NCBI GenBank assembly: GCA_048937405.1
Contig: JBHLNF010000003.1
Span: 192,001 to 256,000 of the forward strand
Reading direction: 5' to 3'
Source of the DNA: Promethearchaeota archaeon
Lineage (GTDB): Archaea > Asgardarchaeota > Lokiarchaeia > Sigyniarchaeales > SOKP01
DNA: 64,000 nucleotides
Both the position numbers and the translations under genes were made by a program. This document shows positions 31,054 to 41,554 of this stretch, in pieces; positions within the stretch are counted from its first letter, which is position 1, and each line of letters begins with the position of its first letter. Below the pieces are notes generated by a model. It saw nothing but the letters and a program-made list of their open reading frames with translations. It was not told where the DNA came from and searched no databases.

Positions 31054-34000
31054 TTAATCTAATATTTTAAGCAATGCAAATGATATAATATTTGTATAAA
31101 ATTTGGATTTATTCTTTTTAATCATCTCATTTTTAAGATCTTCATATTCAAATGAAATATCATCCAATTTCCTTTTGGTTAAGATGATATCCTTGTTAAT
31201 AAAATTAATTTCTTCTTCTAATTTTTTGATATCATTTAATCGCTCTTGCTTTTTTACTGCATCTGTTATTTTTTCTATATTATGGAGTTGCCGAGCAGTT
31301 GGTTTTTTATTATTATTTCTTTCCAATCTTTGATTTAATGATTCAAGTTTAAGATTTAAAGATCTTTTTTTATAAGAATAAATTTTTTCTTTTTTTTTCA
31401 TTTCTTGAACAAAGATTTTATCGTTTAGATCTTTAATCTCTCTTTTCCAGTTTGATGTTTTAGATTTTATAATTTTTTTTGCTTTTTGTTGGAGTTCACT
31501 TATGACGTTATAATCTAATGATATCATCTCTGGAGGATCATTGAATAATAAAATCTCATTGAAATTTTCGATATTTAGAATTTTATCTGATAAATTTACA
31601 ATTTCATTACCAGTGTCACCGATAACTATTGCAAAAATTTGATTTTCGATTATATAACCCTGAAATTTTACTGAAAAAATAAATAGATATAACTCATCGG
31701 TATTGATTGGTTTTAAATCCAATAATTTTTCCAATTCTTTCTTTTTAAGATATAAAACACTAAAATTGCCATGAAATGATTTATTTTTAATAAAATCTAA
31801 AATGCTATTAATTAAAGGATGTCCTAAGGCAAAAAAATCAATTTCCTCTTTTTTCCTGGCAAGATCAAGATCAAATGTTCCAATATACTCATTTGAAACG
31901 TTAAAAATGAAATTTTTTAATAAACTATCTTTAACTTCTATTCTTGATTTAAATTCATTATTTTTTTTCCCATCTTCAGAACCATCATATATATCTTCAA
32001 AAGTTCCATAAAGGTGATTATCAAGTTCGAAGAAATGCTTAATTAATAAATAGAGTTCATTATGGGTTAATTTTACTTCTACACAAGACGCTAATGAACT
32101 AATAAGACCTTCCATTTGAAATGATTTTCTATCAATCATTAAATCATCTAATTGCATCTCAATTTCCTTTGCTCTCCTTATTTCTTCATCAAGAGTTCTA
32201 TAAAAATCGTTTAATTTCTTTCTTTTTTTCCCATCTTCTTCAGCAAAAATTACACCTTTGAAATCTTTTTCGATACTCCCTATAATTGGTTCCAAAATTC
32301 CAATTGATTCTTCAAAAAGATTAATACGTTTAATTATAGCATGTATTATGTCTGTTTCTACAGTTCCTTCCATGAATATATTATAAATATAGATTTCTTT
32401 TGATTCTTGACCAATTCTATCAAGTCTTCCTATTCTTTGTTCTAATTTCATTGGATTCCAGGGTAGATCATAATTTATCAACACACGACAGAATTGGAAA
32501 TTTCGACCTTCACCACCGATTTCTGTAGAAATCAAAATTGAAAATTTTTGGCTTGATCTGAATCTTTCAACTGCTTCATCTTTTTGTAGCTTATCTAATC
32601 CTCCATAAAACAATTCAACTGTATAGTCCTGATTAAGACTCTCAATTAATGATTTAATAAATTTTAATGTATCAACGAATTGGGTAAAGATAATAATCTT
32701 TTCTTTATGATTTTGTGAATATATTTGTTCTATTATTTCAATTAATTTATCTGATTTTGAATCATAGGGTAAAGTTTTTAATTTATCATAAAATTCTTTT
32801 AAAATTTTCTCTTGATTGAAAAGCTCTACTGCTTCTTCTTTTTTTTTCTTGAATTCTTTATTATCAAAAAAATCAATTCGTTCTATATCAAGATATTGAT
32901 CCTCTAATTCTGATTCGTAATATTCAGGATCCTCCTGTTTAATTATAGTAGGATCAAGAAAAATATCTTTGTACCTATCAATTTGTTCAAGTCTTCTTTC
33001 CAAGCTTTTCAAAAAAGCGAACTTGGAACTTGTTAATAATTTCTGTAGAGTGGTTATAATAAATCCTATTCCCACATTATCCTTACTTATAGAAGAATTA
33101 TAAATTTTAGCTAGATATAAACGGATTTCATTATAAATATCTAATTCTTGTTGATTGGGATTAACCATAATCGTATTTACTATTCTTTTATTTAATAACT
33201 CTTTAGAAAATACGTTTTTTTTCCGATTTCTAATTAAAAATTTAGATAATGTATGATCTTCTTCAATTTTTCTAATTAAGTTTAATTTAAAGGAATTATC
33301 TTGAATTTGGGTCAATACTTGGTTAATTTCCCTTTTTTTGTCAATATATCTGAGCTCTTTTAAAAGTTTTATTGTATTTTTTACTTCAAAATTATTCAAT
33401 CTATCAAGATTATTCAAATTTGAAACTAATAAATTAATAAAGGGCATATTTTTTCTAAAGTGCTCAAAATCACTGAAATTTTCAAAAACATCAGGATGAA
33501 TAAGTTCAATTAAAGAAAATAATTCAAATGAGTGAAGTTGTAAAGGAGTAGCAGTCAATAACAGCATACCTTCTGAATTAATACTTAATTTTTTCGCTAA
33601 TTCATAATTAAGAGTTTCTCGATAATTTCCAGTCATTGCATTAATAAGATATCTTCTTAAATGATGAGCTTCGTCAAAAATTACAATGTCCCAATTGATA
33701 TTGGATAATAGTTCGATATATTTTTTATTTCGCGCAAATTGAAGTGAACAAATAATTAAATTATCATAATAAAAAGGATTCTGGAGAATTTCAAGATGTT
33801 TATAACTTCCCCTTTTTTTTAGTTCTTTGACTTTCTTACCATCATATATAACAAAATTGATATTAAATTTATTTTGCATTTCAAATTGCCATTGTTTCAC
33901 TAAAGAGGCAGGAACTATAATTAAGATTCGTTCTGCTAAATCCCTTGCCATCATCTCCTTAATATATATGCCAGCTTCAATTGTTTTTCCAAGTCCAACT

Positions 34001-34662
34001 TCATCAGCTAAAATAATTCTTGGGAAATGTTCCTCAGACAAACGATGTGTAACATTTATCTGGTGTGGCATTAATGACAAGCGTGAATTTGTAATACACT
34101 TGATTTGATATGATTTATAATAAGAATAAAACAAATTTGCCCAATATTTAATCAAAAAATTTTTAGGAGGATCAGCTATCTGCTTTGAAATAAGACTTTT
34201 AATAGGTGTTTCATACTTAGAATAAATTTCATTTTCAAAAATCTGAGATTTTTTACCATTTTCCATTAAAAGTTCATAGGAAATTATTCCATCCTTAATC
34301 AGAAAATCTCTTTTATTTATATAACCATTTCCTTGTTTAGTAACAATTTGTTCATCTTTATCAAAAATATAATGAATGAGATCAATAGGATGGATTAATT
34401 TAATTATACTATTTCTGAAAGAAACTTTAAATTTAGCAACAATATAAGTATCATCCTCATCTAAAGATTTTGAAGTCGGGATTTCTAACTTTTTTATTAC
34501 TCGTCCAATCCCTAAATCTGGATTCAACCTATATATAACTAGGTTACCTACATTAAATTTCTGCCCTTGACAATAAACATTAAAACATTTAGAAAATCTT
34601 GATTCTAGTTCTTTTCCACAGAAAGGACAATTATAGTTAAGAGGATTTATATTGAAAGCCAT
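31054..34662 (-). CDS. SNF2-family helicase/ATPase (RapA/HepA-like) with an N-terminal zinc ribbon and C-terminal coiled coil
   Basis: CPFCG...CFNVYC; LGIGRV; LADEVGLGKT; DEAHH; LLTATP; STEIGGEGRNFQ; YDLPWNPMKLEQRIGRLDRIGQ. Confidence 0.9.
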   Translation of the reverse strand: MAFNINPLNYNCPFCGKELESRFSKCFNVYCQGQKFNVGNLVIYRLNPDLGIGRVIKKLEIPTSKSLDEDDTYIVAKFKVSFRNSIIKLIHPIDLIHYIFDKDEQIVTKQGNGYINKRDFLIKDGIISYELLMENGKKSQIFENEIYSKYETPIKSLISKQIADPPKNFLIKYWANLFYSYYKSYQIKCITNSRLSLMPHQINVTHRLSEEHFPRIILADEVGLGKTIEAGIYIKEMMARDLAERILIIVPASLVKQWQFEMQNKFNINFVIYDGKKVKELKKRGSYKHLEILQNPFYYDNLIICSLQFARNKKYIELLSNINWDIVIFDEAHHLRRYLINAMTGNYRETLNYELAKKLSINSEGMLLLTATPLQLHSFELFSLIELIHPDVFENFSDFEHFRKNMPFINLLVSNLNNLDRLNNFEVKNTIKLLKELRYIDKKREINQVLTQIQDNSFKLNLIRKIEEDHTLSKFLIRNRKKNVFSKELLNKRIVNTIMVNPNQQELDIYNEIRLYLAKIYNSSISKDNVGIGFIITTLQKLLTSSKFAFLKSLERRLEQIDRYKDIFLDPTIIKQEDPEYYESELEDQYLDIERIDFFDNKEFKKKKEEAVELFNQEKILKEFYDKLKTLPYDSKSDKLIEIIEQIYSQNHKEKIIIFTQFVDTLKFIKSLIESLNQDYTVELFYGGLDKLQKDEAVERFRSSQKFSILISTEIGGEGRNFQFCRVLINYDLPWNPMKLEQRIGRLDRIGQESKEIYIYNIFMEGTVETDIIHAIIKRINLFEESIGILEPIIGSIEKDFKGVIFAEEDGKKRKKLNDFYRTLDEEIRRAKEIEMQLDDLMIDRKSFQMEGLISSLASCVEVKLTHNELYLLIKHFFELDNHLYGTFEDIYDGSEDGKKNNEFKSRIEVKDSLLKNFIFNVSNEYIGTFDLDLARKKEEIDFFALGHPLINSILDFIKNKSFHGNFSVLYLKKKELEKLLDLKPINTDELYLFIFSVKFQGYIIENQIFAIVIGDTGNEIVNLSDKILNIENFNEILLFNDPPEMISLDYNVISELQQKAKKIIKSKTSNWKREIKDLNDKIFVQEMKKKEKIYSYKKRSLNLKLESLNQRLERNNNKKPTARQLHNIEKITDAVKKQERLNDIKKLEEEINFINKDIILTKRKLDDISFEYEDLKNEMIKKNKSKFYTNIISFALLKILD

Positions 34663-35122
34663 TATCTTTATATAGTATTTAGTAAACTGTGAAGTAAAAA
34701 TTTATTTATTTTAAATTAGAAGTGATTGAAAATCTCAATCGCTGGGATTATTAAAGCGTATCTTTTTTCCATTAGAAAATAAAATATTCTATATGGGGGC
34801 TTTAAAAATTGAAAAAGTATTGGATATATTTGAAATTATATTAAGAGATGAAAATATAGCTTTCAATGAATGATTATTCTATAAAAACTATCTTAATCTA
34901 ACGTAGAAGGGGAAAATTTTGTTTTTTCAATAATATTAGAATATTAATAGATATGATAGTTTTTTCTTTTGCCTGAGTTGATTTTATACAAAAATTAGAT
35001 TCCTTTGTATTATTATATTACAAAAAAAATATAATTATTTTATAAAGAAAACATAATAGTTATATTCAAATTAAAATAAGCTTTTTAATATACAATAATA
35101 TACTTAATGTTCACTACTGAAA

Positions 35123-37885
35123 ATGACTGAATCTAATAAAAAGGCAGCTGGAGATAAAATCAAGGGAACTTCTTCAATTGAATTACTTAAAAAAGTAAAT
35201 TCTGCAGCTAATTATTGTTATAATTGTAATCGATGTAATAATGTATGCCCCACTGCCTTTCTTGACATCTTTTACCCTCGTAGTTTAATTACTGATTTAA
35301 TTTATCTAACCCCCGAAGAAGCTCTGCAAAATAATGATATTTGGAAATGTCTTACTTGTGGCTTATGTTCAATTTATTGTCCAATGACTAAAGAAAACAC
35401 TGGAGTAAATTTTACGCAAATTATTAGGGATCTTCGGTCTCTTGTTTCAGATTATAAACCATTACAAGATGGATTGTTAAGTTGTAATCACGAGAGAGTA
35501 TACTCAAGTCTGCCAAAATTAATGGCTGAAGACAAAATTAAATTTACTAATAAGACTGGTTTCATTGATGGAACAGGATTAAAAATAACAGATAAAGGAG
35601 ATATTGGTTATTTCATGGGATGTATTCCCTTTTTGACAGGAGCAGCTCCGTGCGTTATTGGATGTCCTGCGGGAGTAGATGTCCAAGGATATGTATCACT
35701 TATTTCAGAAGGTAAGTTCCAAGAGGCTCTCGATCTTATTAGAGAAACTAATCCATTACCATATTTATGTGGGAGAATTTGTACTGCTCAATGTGCTTTA
35801 AATTGTAACCGTCAACATTTTGATGATCCTGTAGCTATACGCGAACTTAAAAGGTTTGTTTGTGATTGGGAAAGAGATCACCCTAACCAGAGTAGAATTA
35901 AACCAGTTCCACAAACTAAAGAGAGGGTTGCCATTATTGGAGCTGGACCGGGGGGATTATCAGCAGCATATTTCCTTGCAAGAATGGGATATAAACCTAC
36001 GATTTTCGAGAAAGGAGATAAAGTTGGAGGTGTAGTAAGATATGGTGTCCCACAGTATAGACTTTCTGATGAAGCACTTGACCAAGATGTTGAATTCATA
36101 AAAAGTATGGGTGTAGAAATTGTTTTAAATAAAGAATTTGGTCCCAATTTCACCCTAGAAGATATTTGGAAAGATGGATATAAAGCAGTCTTCATTGCTG
36201 TAGGTTTATACGTACCAAAGACTCTAAGACTCGAAGGGGAAGACTTACCTAATGTAGATGTTGCAATTGATTTTCTATTAGAACGAAAATATAAATGTTC
36301 TGAAAATCCAGAGGAATTTAAAGGTAAAACTTTTGGTATTATTGGAGGAGGTGCTGTTGCTGTAGATGTTGCTGAGACAGTAGTTCGACTCGGAGCTGTT
36401 AAAGCTAATTTGGTTGACATATTAAGTGAAGAAGCTCTTAAAAATGTACTTAAAGATTTACACGAAGCTGAAAGAGAAGTAATTGAATATCATTTTGAAA
36501 CATCAACAGCTAAAATTTCAAAAGAACCTAATGGTAAATTAGCTTTAAATTGTTATAAGATTAAATGGGGAGATCTCGACCGTAAAACTGGAAGACGATC
36601 CCTGAATAAAATTGATGGTTCAGAATATAAAATTATTGTTGACCATATTGTAATAGCAATCGGGCAAGGACTTAATTCAGAACCACTTCTAGTTGCTACT
36701 GATAATAAGTTAAAGATTGATAGAGGCAAACTTATCGTTGATAATCTAACATATGAAACAGGTATTCCTGGAGTCTTTGCGGGGGGAGATATTATAAATA
36801 ATTCATTAATGTGTGCAGTTGATGCTATAGGAGATGGAAGAGAAGCGGCTTTTTCGATAGATAGATATCTCCGCGGATTTGATTTAAAAGAAGGAAGAAT
36901 TAGAAAGAATGATCTAAAACGGTCTACTATACCTAAAAAATATATTCAAGTTCAATCTTGCCAAGATATGAATTTTATGCCTGGTTCTGAGAGATTGGTC
37001 TGTTTTGACGAAATTGAGTTAGGATTTACAGAAGAACAAGCGAAAAAGGAAGCTAATCGATGTTTGAATTGTAATTGTTGCTGTAATTCTGACCAAATAC
37101 CAGAGGATTTTGAAAAATCACTTAATTCTTCTGGAATAATGATATGTGATTATGGAAGTCAAACTAATTGGAGATCTTTAAATGCTCCTGATTATTTAGA
37201 AATTCCAAGAAGTATAATTGGAATATTAAATCAAAATGATATTGTTCCAGTTGTTTTATCTGAAGAAAAATGTTGTGGACATGATCTTCTTTGGAGGGGA
37301 GATACTGAGAGTTTTAGAAAATTAGCGGAATATAATGTTAAACTCTTTAAAGATGCAGGAGTAAAGACCCTAATTTTTAGTTGCGCTGAAGGATATTATA
37401 CCTGGAAATTTGAATATAAAAAATTATTTAAAAATAGCGATGATTTCGATTTTAAAATTTATCACATAACAGAATATATTTTAAAGGAGAATTTGCTTGA
37501 AAATATCACATTTCCTAACTATGATAATATTAAAATAACCTACCACGATCCTTGTAGACTAGGCAGAATGAGTAATGTATTTGATGCTCCACGTGAAGTA
37601 TTAAAACTTATACCCTATGTAGAGATAGTTGAAATGGAGGATTCAAAGCAAGATGCTGAATGTTGTGGTGTTTCAGCTTATATTTCATGTAATCAGGATT
37701 CGAAAAAATTACAGGAGAAAAAGATAAACCAAGCAATTGAGACTGGAGCAGAATACCTTATTTCCTCATGCCCAAAATGTATTGCCCATTTAAATTGTTA
37801 TTTAAATGAAAATAGAGAATTAAAAGATAAAATAAAGGTTATAGATCTAGTAAGTTTTCTTGGAAAACAACTTTTTTTGATTTAA
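35123..37885 (+). CDS. HdrD-like (4Fe-4S + two CCG domains) oxidoreductase with an inserted GltD/NfnB-like FAD/NAD(P) module
   Basis: CYNCNRCNNVCP and WKCLTCGLCSIYCP; GYFMGC; insert APCVIGCPAG...GRICTAQC...IIGAGPGG...FAGGD...EANRCLNC; then KCCG, YHDPCRLGR, ECCG, SSCPKC. Confidence 0.85.
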   Translation: MTESNKKAAGDKIKGTSSIELLKKVNSAANYCYNCNRCNNVCPTAFLDIFYPRSLITDLIYLTPEEALQNNDIWKCLTCGLCSIYCPMTKENTGVNFTQIIRDLRSLVSDYKPLQDGLLSCNHERVYSSLPKLMAEDKIKFTNKTGFIDGTGLKITDKGDIGYFMGCIPFLTGAAPCVIGCPAGVDVQGYVSLISEGKFQEALDLIRETNPLPYLCGRICTAQCALNCNRQHFDDPVAIRELKRFVCDWERDHPNQSRIKPVPQTKERVAIIGAGPGGLSAAYFLARMGYKPTIFEKGDKVGGVVRYGVPQYRLSDEALDQDVEFIKSMGVEIVLNKEFGPNFTLEDIWKDGYKAVFIAVGLYVPKTLRLEGEDLPNVDVAIDFLLERKYKCSENPEEFKGKTFGIIGGGAVAVDVAETVVRLGAVKANLVDILSEEALKNVLKDLHEAEREVIEYHFETSTAKISKEPNGKLALNCYKIKWGDLDRKTGRRSLNKIDGSEYKIIVDHIVIAIGQGLNSEPLLVATDNKLKIDRGKLIVDNLTYETGIPGVFAGGDIINNSLMCAVDAIGDGREAAFSIDRYLRGFDLKEGRIRKNDLKRSTIPKKYIQVQSCQDMNFMPGSERLVCFDEIELGFTEEQAKKEANRCLNCNCCCNSDQIPEDFEKSLNSSGIMICDYGSQTNWRSLNAPDYLEIPRSIIGILNQNDIVPVVLSEEKCCGHDLLWRGDTESFRKLAEYNVKLFKDAGVKTLIFSCAEGYYTWKFEYKKLFKNSDDFDFKIYHITEYILKENLLENITFPNYDNIKITYHDPCRLGRMSNVFDAPREVLKLIPYVEIVEMEDSKQDAECCGVSAYISCNQDSKKLQEKKINQAIETGAEYLISSCPKCIAHLNCYLNENRELKDKIKVIDLVSFLGKQLFLI

Positions 37886-37908
37886 AATTATTTAAAATCT
37901 TATTTATT

Positions 37909-37934
37909 AAACAGATTTGAATAGAAATCTGTTT
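37909..37934. promoter_or_regulatory. 10-bp perfect inverted repeat (terminator hairpin or operator upstream of aor)
   Basis: AAACAGATTT-GAATAG-AAATCTGTTT lies just downstream of the Hdr-like gene stop. Confidence 0.35.
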
Positions 37935-38122
37935 TATTTTAATAATTAACAAATATGTCAATATCTCTAGTTTATTCTTAATTCAAATAGATAAATCTAC
38001 AGATTGACAATTTTAAAAATAGAGATTTTTAAGATTAACAAGTAACCTTTAAAATTTTGCTAATTTATTTTAAATATCTACAATCTATTTAAAATATAAA
38101 TATACAACTAGTTGTGAAAAAC

Positions 38123-40048
38123 ATGAGTAAAACTAAGGATATACCTGTTCCGGATAAAGTTTCAGGTTTTACACAGGTCAGACTTGATGTAAATCTAACA
38201 GATGGAAAGATTAGTAAATCAACACTTTCTAATGAATTCTGTCGTGACTGGATTGGAGGTTATGGTTTTGGTGCTAAAGTACTTTGGGATGAATGTCCTG
38301 CTGGAGTTGATCCATTAAGCCCAGAAAATGTTTTTGTCTACGCTCATGGACCATTTCCAGGTACAATATTACCTACATCAAGTAAATATGGGGTATTTGC
38401 TAAATCTCCATTAACTGGTATGTTTGGAATGGCTATATCTTCAGGATCGGTTGGTGCTCAAGCCCGACGTGCTGGTATCAATATGATTGTTGTTAAAGGT
38501 AAGGCTCCAGAACCTGTGTATATGGTTGTTGATGATGATGATTATTATTTAGTAAAATGCAAAGATTCCGTGTGGGGAAAGGGTTGCTGGGAAACAGAAG
38601 AACTTTTGAGAGAGGAATTCCAAGATCATCGTCTTGGAATAATGACTATTGGTCCAGGAGGCGAACGTGGAAGTTATATGGGATGTATAACAAATGATCG
38701 AAATAGACAAGCAGGGAGGACAGGTATGGGTGCTGTTATGGGATCAAAAAATCTAAAAGCAATATGCTTCAGAGGTACCAAGGGAATTAGTGTTGCTAAT
38801 CCTGTCGAATTCTATAAATTAGCAAAGAAATTAATAAAAGTAGCAAATGGTCCTGCTACGGCTAAATATCGAGATTTAGGTACACCTGCAGGGATAACCA
38901 GTTATAATAAACTTGGAATGATGCCAACTTTCAACCATCGTGAGGGTACATGGGATAAGGTAGATGATGGAACTTTTACTGGTGATACATTAAACCAAGA
39001 TTGGGTTGTAAAGAAGGTTGCTTGCTCGCAATGTTCAATAGGATGTGATCATATTACAAAAATACCTAAAGATCATCCTCATTGGCCTAATCTCTATTCT
39101 AGTATTGATCAAGAATTATGCTATAGCTTTGGATCTGCTTGTGGAAATTATGATTGGCCATCTGTATTTAAATGTGTTTCATTAACAGATGATTTGGGTA
39201 TTGACGCTATAAGCGGAGGTGTTACAGCTGCTATGGCTTGTGAGTGTTATGAAGAAGGAATTATAACTAAAGAAGATTTAGGTTATGAATTACCTTTTGG
39301 ATCAACTGTTAATCTCGTAAGATTCACTGAAGAGATGATTCTTGGTAAAGGATTTGCAGGGAAGGTTTTTGGAGATGGTACAAGAGAAGCAGGAAAGCGA
39401 TTAGAAGAAATGGGCAGAAAAAATGCAAGTTATTATGGTATGCATATTAAGGGATTAGAAATACCTGCATTTGATGTACATGGTATGAATTCTTTTGCTG
39501 TTGGAATGAGTGTTTCTATTCGTGGTGCATGTCATTTACGGAATGGCTCATATGGTCTCGATGCTAAAGGAAATTTCGACAGATTTGGGTATGATAAACC
39601 ACTTGAGAGAGGAAAAGCAATAAAAGATCTAGAAGATATATACGCTATAATTGATTCATATATCGTATGTAAATTTACTCGAGGTATCTATGAAAATGAT
39701 GCTGAAATGGCAAAAGTGTTTGAATTAGTAACAGGAATTCCAGTAACAGATAAATTTATACAACATAGAGGAGATGCCATTTTAAATCTTTCAAAGTGTT
39801 TTAACATCCGAGAAGGATGGACGAGAGATGATGATAGACCTCCTGAACGATTCTTCAAGCAACCACACACAAAAGGTCCAGCCAAGGGTGTTACCTTAAA
39901 GGAAGATGGTTATCAGAAATTATTAAGTGGTTATTATGAAGCTCGAGGTTGGGATACTAAAACTGGAATTCCAACTGATGAAACATTGAAATCACTTGGA
40001 TTAGATTTTGTAATTGGTAAATTAAAGCCCGCTGGAGGTAAGAAGTAA
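38123..40048 (+). CDS. aor: Tungsten-dependent aldehyde:ferredoxin oxidoreductase (AOR family)
   Basis: WIGGYG, DPLSPEN, KSPLTG, AGRTGMGAVMGSKNLKAI, CSQCSIGC, DDLGIDAIS, RGACH, YYEARGWD. ATG at 38123 has a GTGA SD. Confidence 0.9.
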   Translation: MSKTKDIPVPDKVSGFTQVRLDVNLTDGKISKSTLSNEFCRDWIGGYGFGAKVLWDECPAGVDPLSPENVFVYAHGPFPGTILPTSSKYGVFAKSPLTGMFGMAISSGSVGAQARRAGINMIVVKGKAPEPVYMVVDDDDYYLVKCKDSVWGKGCWETEELLREEFQDHRLGIMTIGPGGERGSYMGCITNDRNRQAGRTGMGAVMGSKNLKAICFRGTKGISVANPVEFYKLAKKLIKVANGPATAKYRDLGTPAGITSYNKLGMMPTFNHREGTWDKVDDGTFTGDTLNQDWVVKKVACSQCSIGCDHITKIPKDHPHWPNLYSSIDQELCYSFGSACGNYDWPSVFKCVSLTDDLGIDAISGGVTAAMACECYEEGIITKEDLGYELPFGSTVNLVRFTEEMILGKGFAGKVFGDGTREAGKRLEEMGRKNASYYGMHIKGLEIPAFDVHGMNSFAVGMSVSIRGACHLRNGSYGLDAKGNFDRFGYDKPLERGKAIKDLEDIYAIIDSYIVCKFTRGIYENDAEMAKVFELVTGIPVTDKFIQHRGDAILNLSKCFNIREGWTRDDDRPPERFFKQPHTKGPAKGVTLKEDGYQKLLSGYYEARGWDTKTGIPTDETLKSLGLDFVIGKLKPAGGKK

Positions 40049-40603
40049 ATGTCAAAAGCCACAAAAAAGAGAGGCGGAGTAGTTCACCAATTCATTATAG
40101 TTGATCCAAACTTATGTACAGGATGCGAAACCTGTGAATCAGTTTGTTCATTTGTTCATGATGGAGAATTCAATCCAATAAACACTAGAATTCATAGAGT
40201 CAGAATCGAACCCATTTTAAACGTTGCCTTAGCCTGCCAGAAATGTGATGATGCTCCATGTGTTCGTAGTTGTCCCGAAAAAGCCTTAGAACAAGATAAA
40301 AAAACAGGTTCAATTATCGTCGATGATGATAAGTGCAATGGTTGCGCTTTTTGTATCCGCGCATGCGATTTTGGTGTTTTGAGTTTACATATTCAATCTC
40401 AAAAAGCTTTAATTTGCGATCTTTGTGAAACTATGAAGGAGGATTATATTGATCCCGAAAGGGGTGAAAAGTACCCAGCTTGCATTGATGTTTGTCCAAA
40501 GGAAGCAATCTCATTAAAAGATGTAGAACAAATAGGGGAAGAAAAGCGTATTGATGCTGTAAAGAGATTGTTCGGGGAGATATTAGAAGAAACTAAAGCG
40601 TAA
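40049..40603 (+). CDS. 4x[4Fe-4S] electron-transfer subunit coupled to AOR
   Basis: CTGCETCESVC, CQKCDDAPCVRSCP, CNGCAFCIRAC, CDLC...PACIDVCP. ATG directly follows the aor TAA. Confidence 0.9.
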   Translation: MSKATKKRGGVVHQFIIVDPNLCTGCETCESVCSFVHDGEFNPINTRIHRVRIEPILNVALACQKCDDAPCVRSCPEKALEQDKKTGSIIVDDDKCNGCAFCIRACDFGVLSLHIQSQKALICDLCETMKEDYIDPERGEKYPACIDVCPKEAISLKDVEQIGEEKRIDAVKRLFGEILEETKA

Positions 40604-40721
40604 AACAAACTTTTTTTAAATATCTTTTATTTTTTATTCTAATTTTTTGGATTTCAATTAAAAATTAATAATTATTACTTTTTTATGAAAGACTAAATAT
40701 TTTTCAACTAAGATTATAATT

Positions 40722-41189
40722 ATGTACTCCCTAAGAAAAGCTAATTTCAATGATATTGATAAACTAATAAAGTTTCGTATTGAATTCTTAAAAGAAACTC
40801 AAGAGGCACCTAATGATGAGGAAATGCAAATATTCAGAAAAACTCTCAAAGATTATTTTTTAGATAAAATGAAATCCAATGAGTTTATTGCTTGGTTGGC
40901 TGAATCTGATAAAAAAATCATCGCAACAAGTGGTTTATCTTTTTTACAGAGACCCCCTCATTTTGTCAATAAAATTGGAAAATTTGCTTATATTATGAAT
41001 ATGTATACCAGACCTAATTGGCGTAGAAAAGGAATTGGTTCAGCATTAATTGAGAAATTAATTGAAGAAATAAAGAAAAAAGGAATACAATCAGTAGTAT
41101 TACATGCAACTCCCTCTGGAAGACCATTATATGAAAAGTACGGTTTTAGAGAGAATGATGGTGATAAAGAAATGATATTAAAATTATAA
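40722..41189 (+). CDS. GNAT acetyltransferase
   Basis: AYIMNMYTRPNWRRKGIG, LHATPSGRPLYEKYGF. Confidence 0.9.
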   Translation: MYSLRKANFNDIDKLIKFRIEFLKETQEAPNDEEMQIFRKTLKDYFLDKMKSNEFIAWLAESDKKIIATSGLSFLQRPPHFVNKIGKFAYIMNMYTRPNWRRKGIGSALIEKLIEEIKKKGIQSVVLHATPSGRPLYEKYGFRENDGDKEMILKL

Positions 41190-41554
41190 ATAATAATTAG
41201 GTTTAATCTTATCAATCATAATCAAAAAAACATTAATTAGTAACTTATGCATTTTAAGAAGAAAATTGATCAAAATTGATGCAATTTCAGAACTAATTGC
41301 ACGGAAATGATAATATTATAACTCGTTTTTAACGATATTCGTCTATTCTAATTTTGTAAGTCTTTTAGGTATAATAATTACTATAAACTCATTAAACTTC
41401 AATGATAGGGAAATTACATGTCATAATAATTTAATTTTAATAATATAGACTATTTATTTTATCATTAGAATTTCTGGGATTAGTATTAAAGACTAATCTA
41501 AGAGATTATCGATCTTTAAAATTTAGGAGGTTAAACTAACTAAAGGTGAATTAT

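Noticed and set aside
31054-34662. SNF2 helicase as part of a DISARM/BREX-type defence island
   Set aside because: No methyltransferase, nuclease or other defence partner is adjacent; it looks like a stand-alone RapA-like gene.
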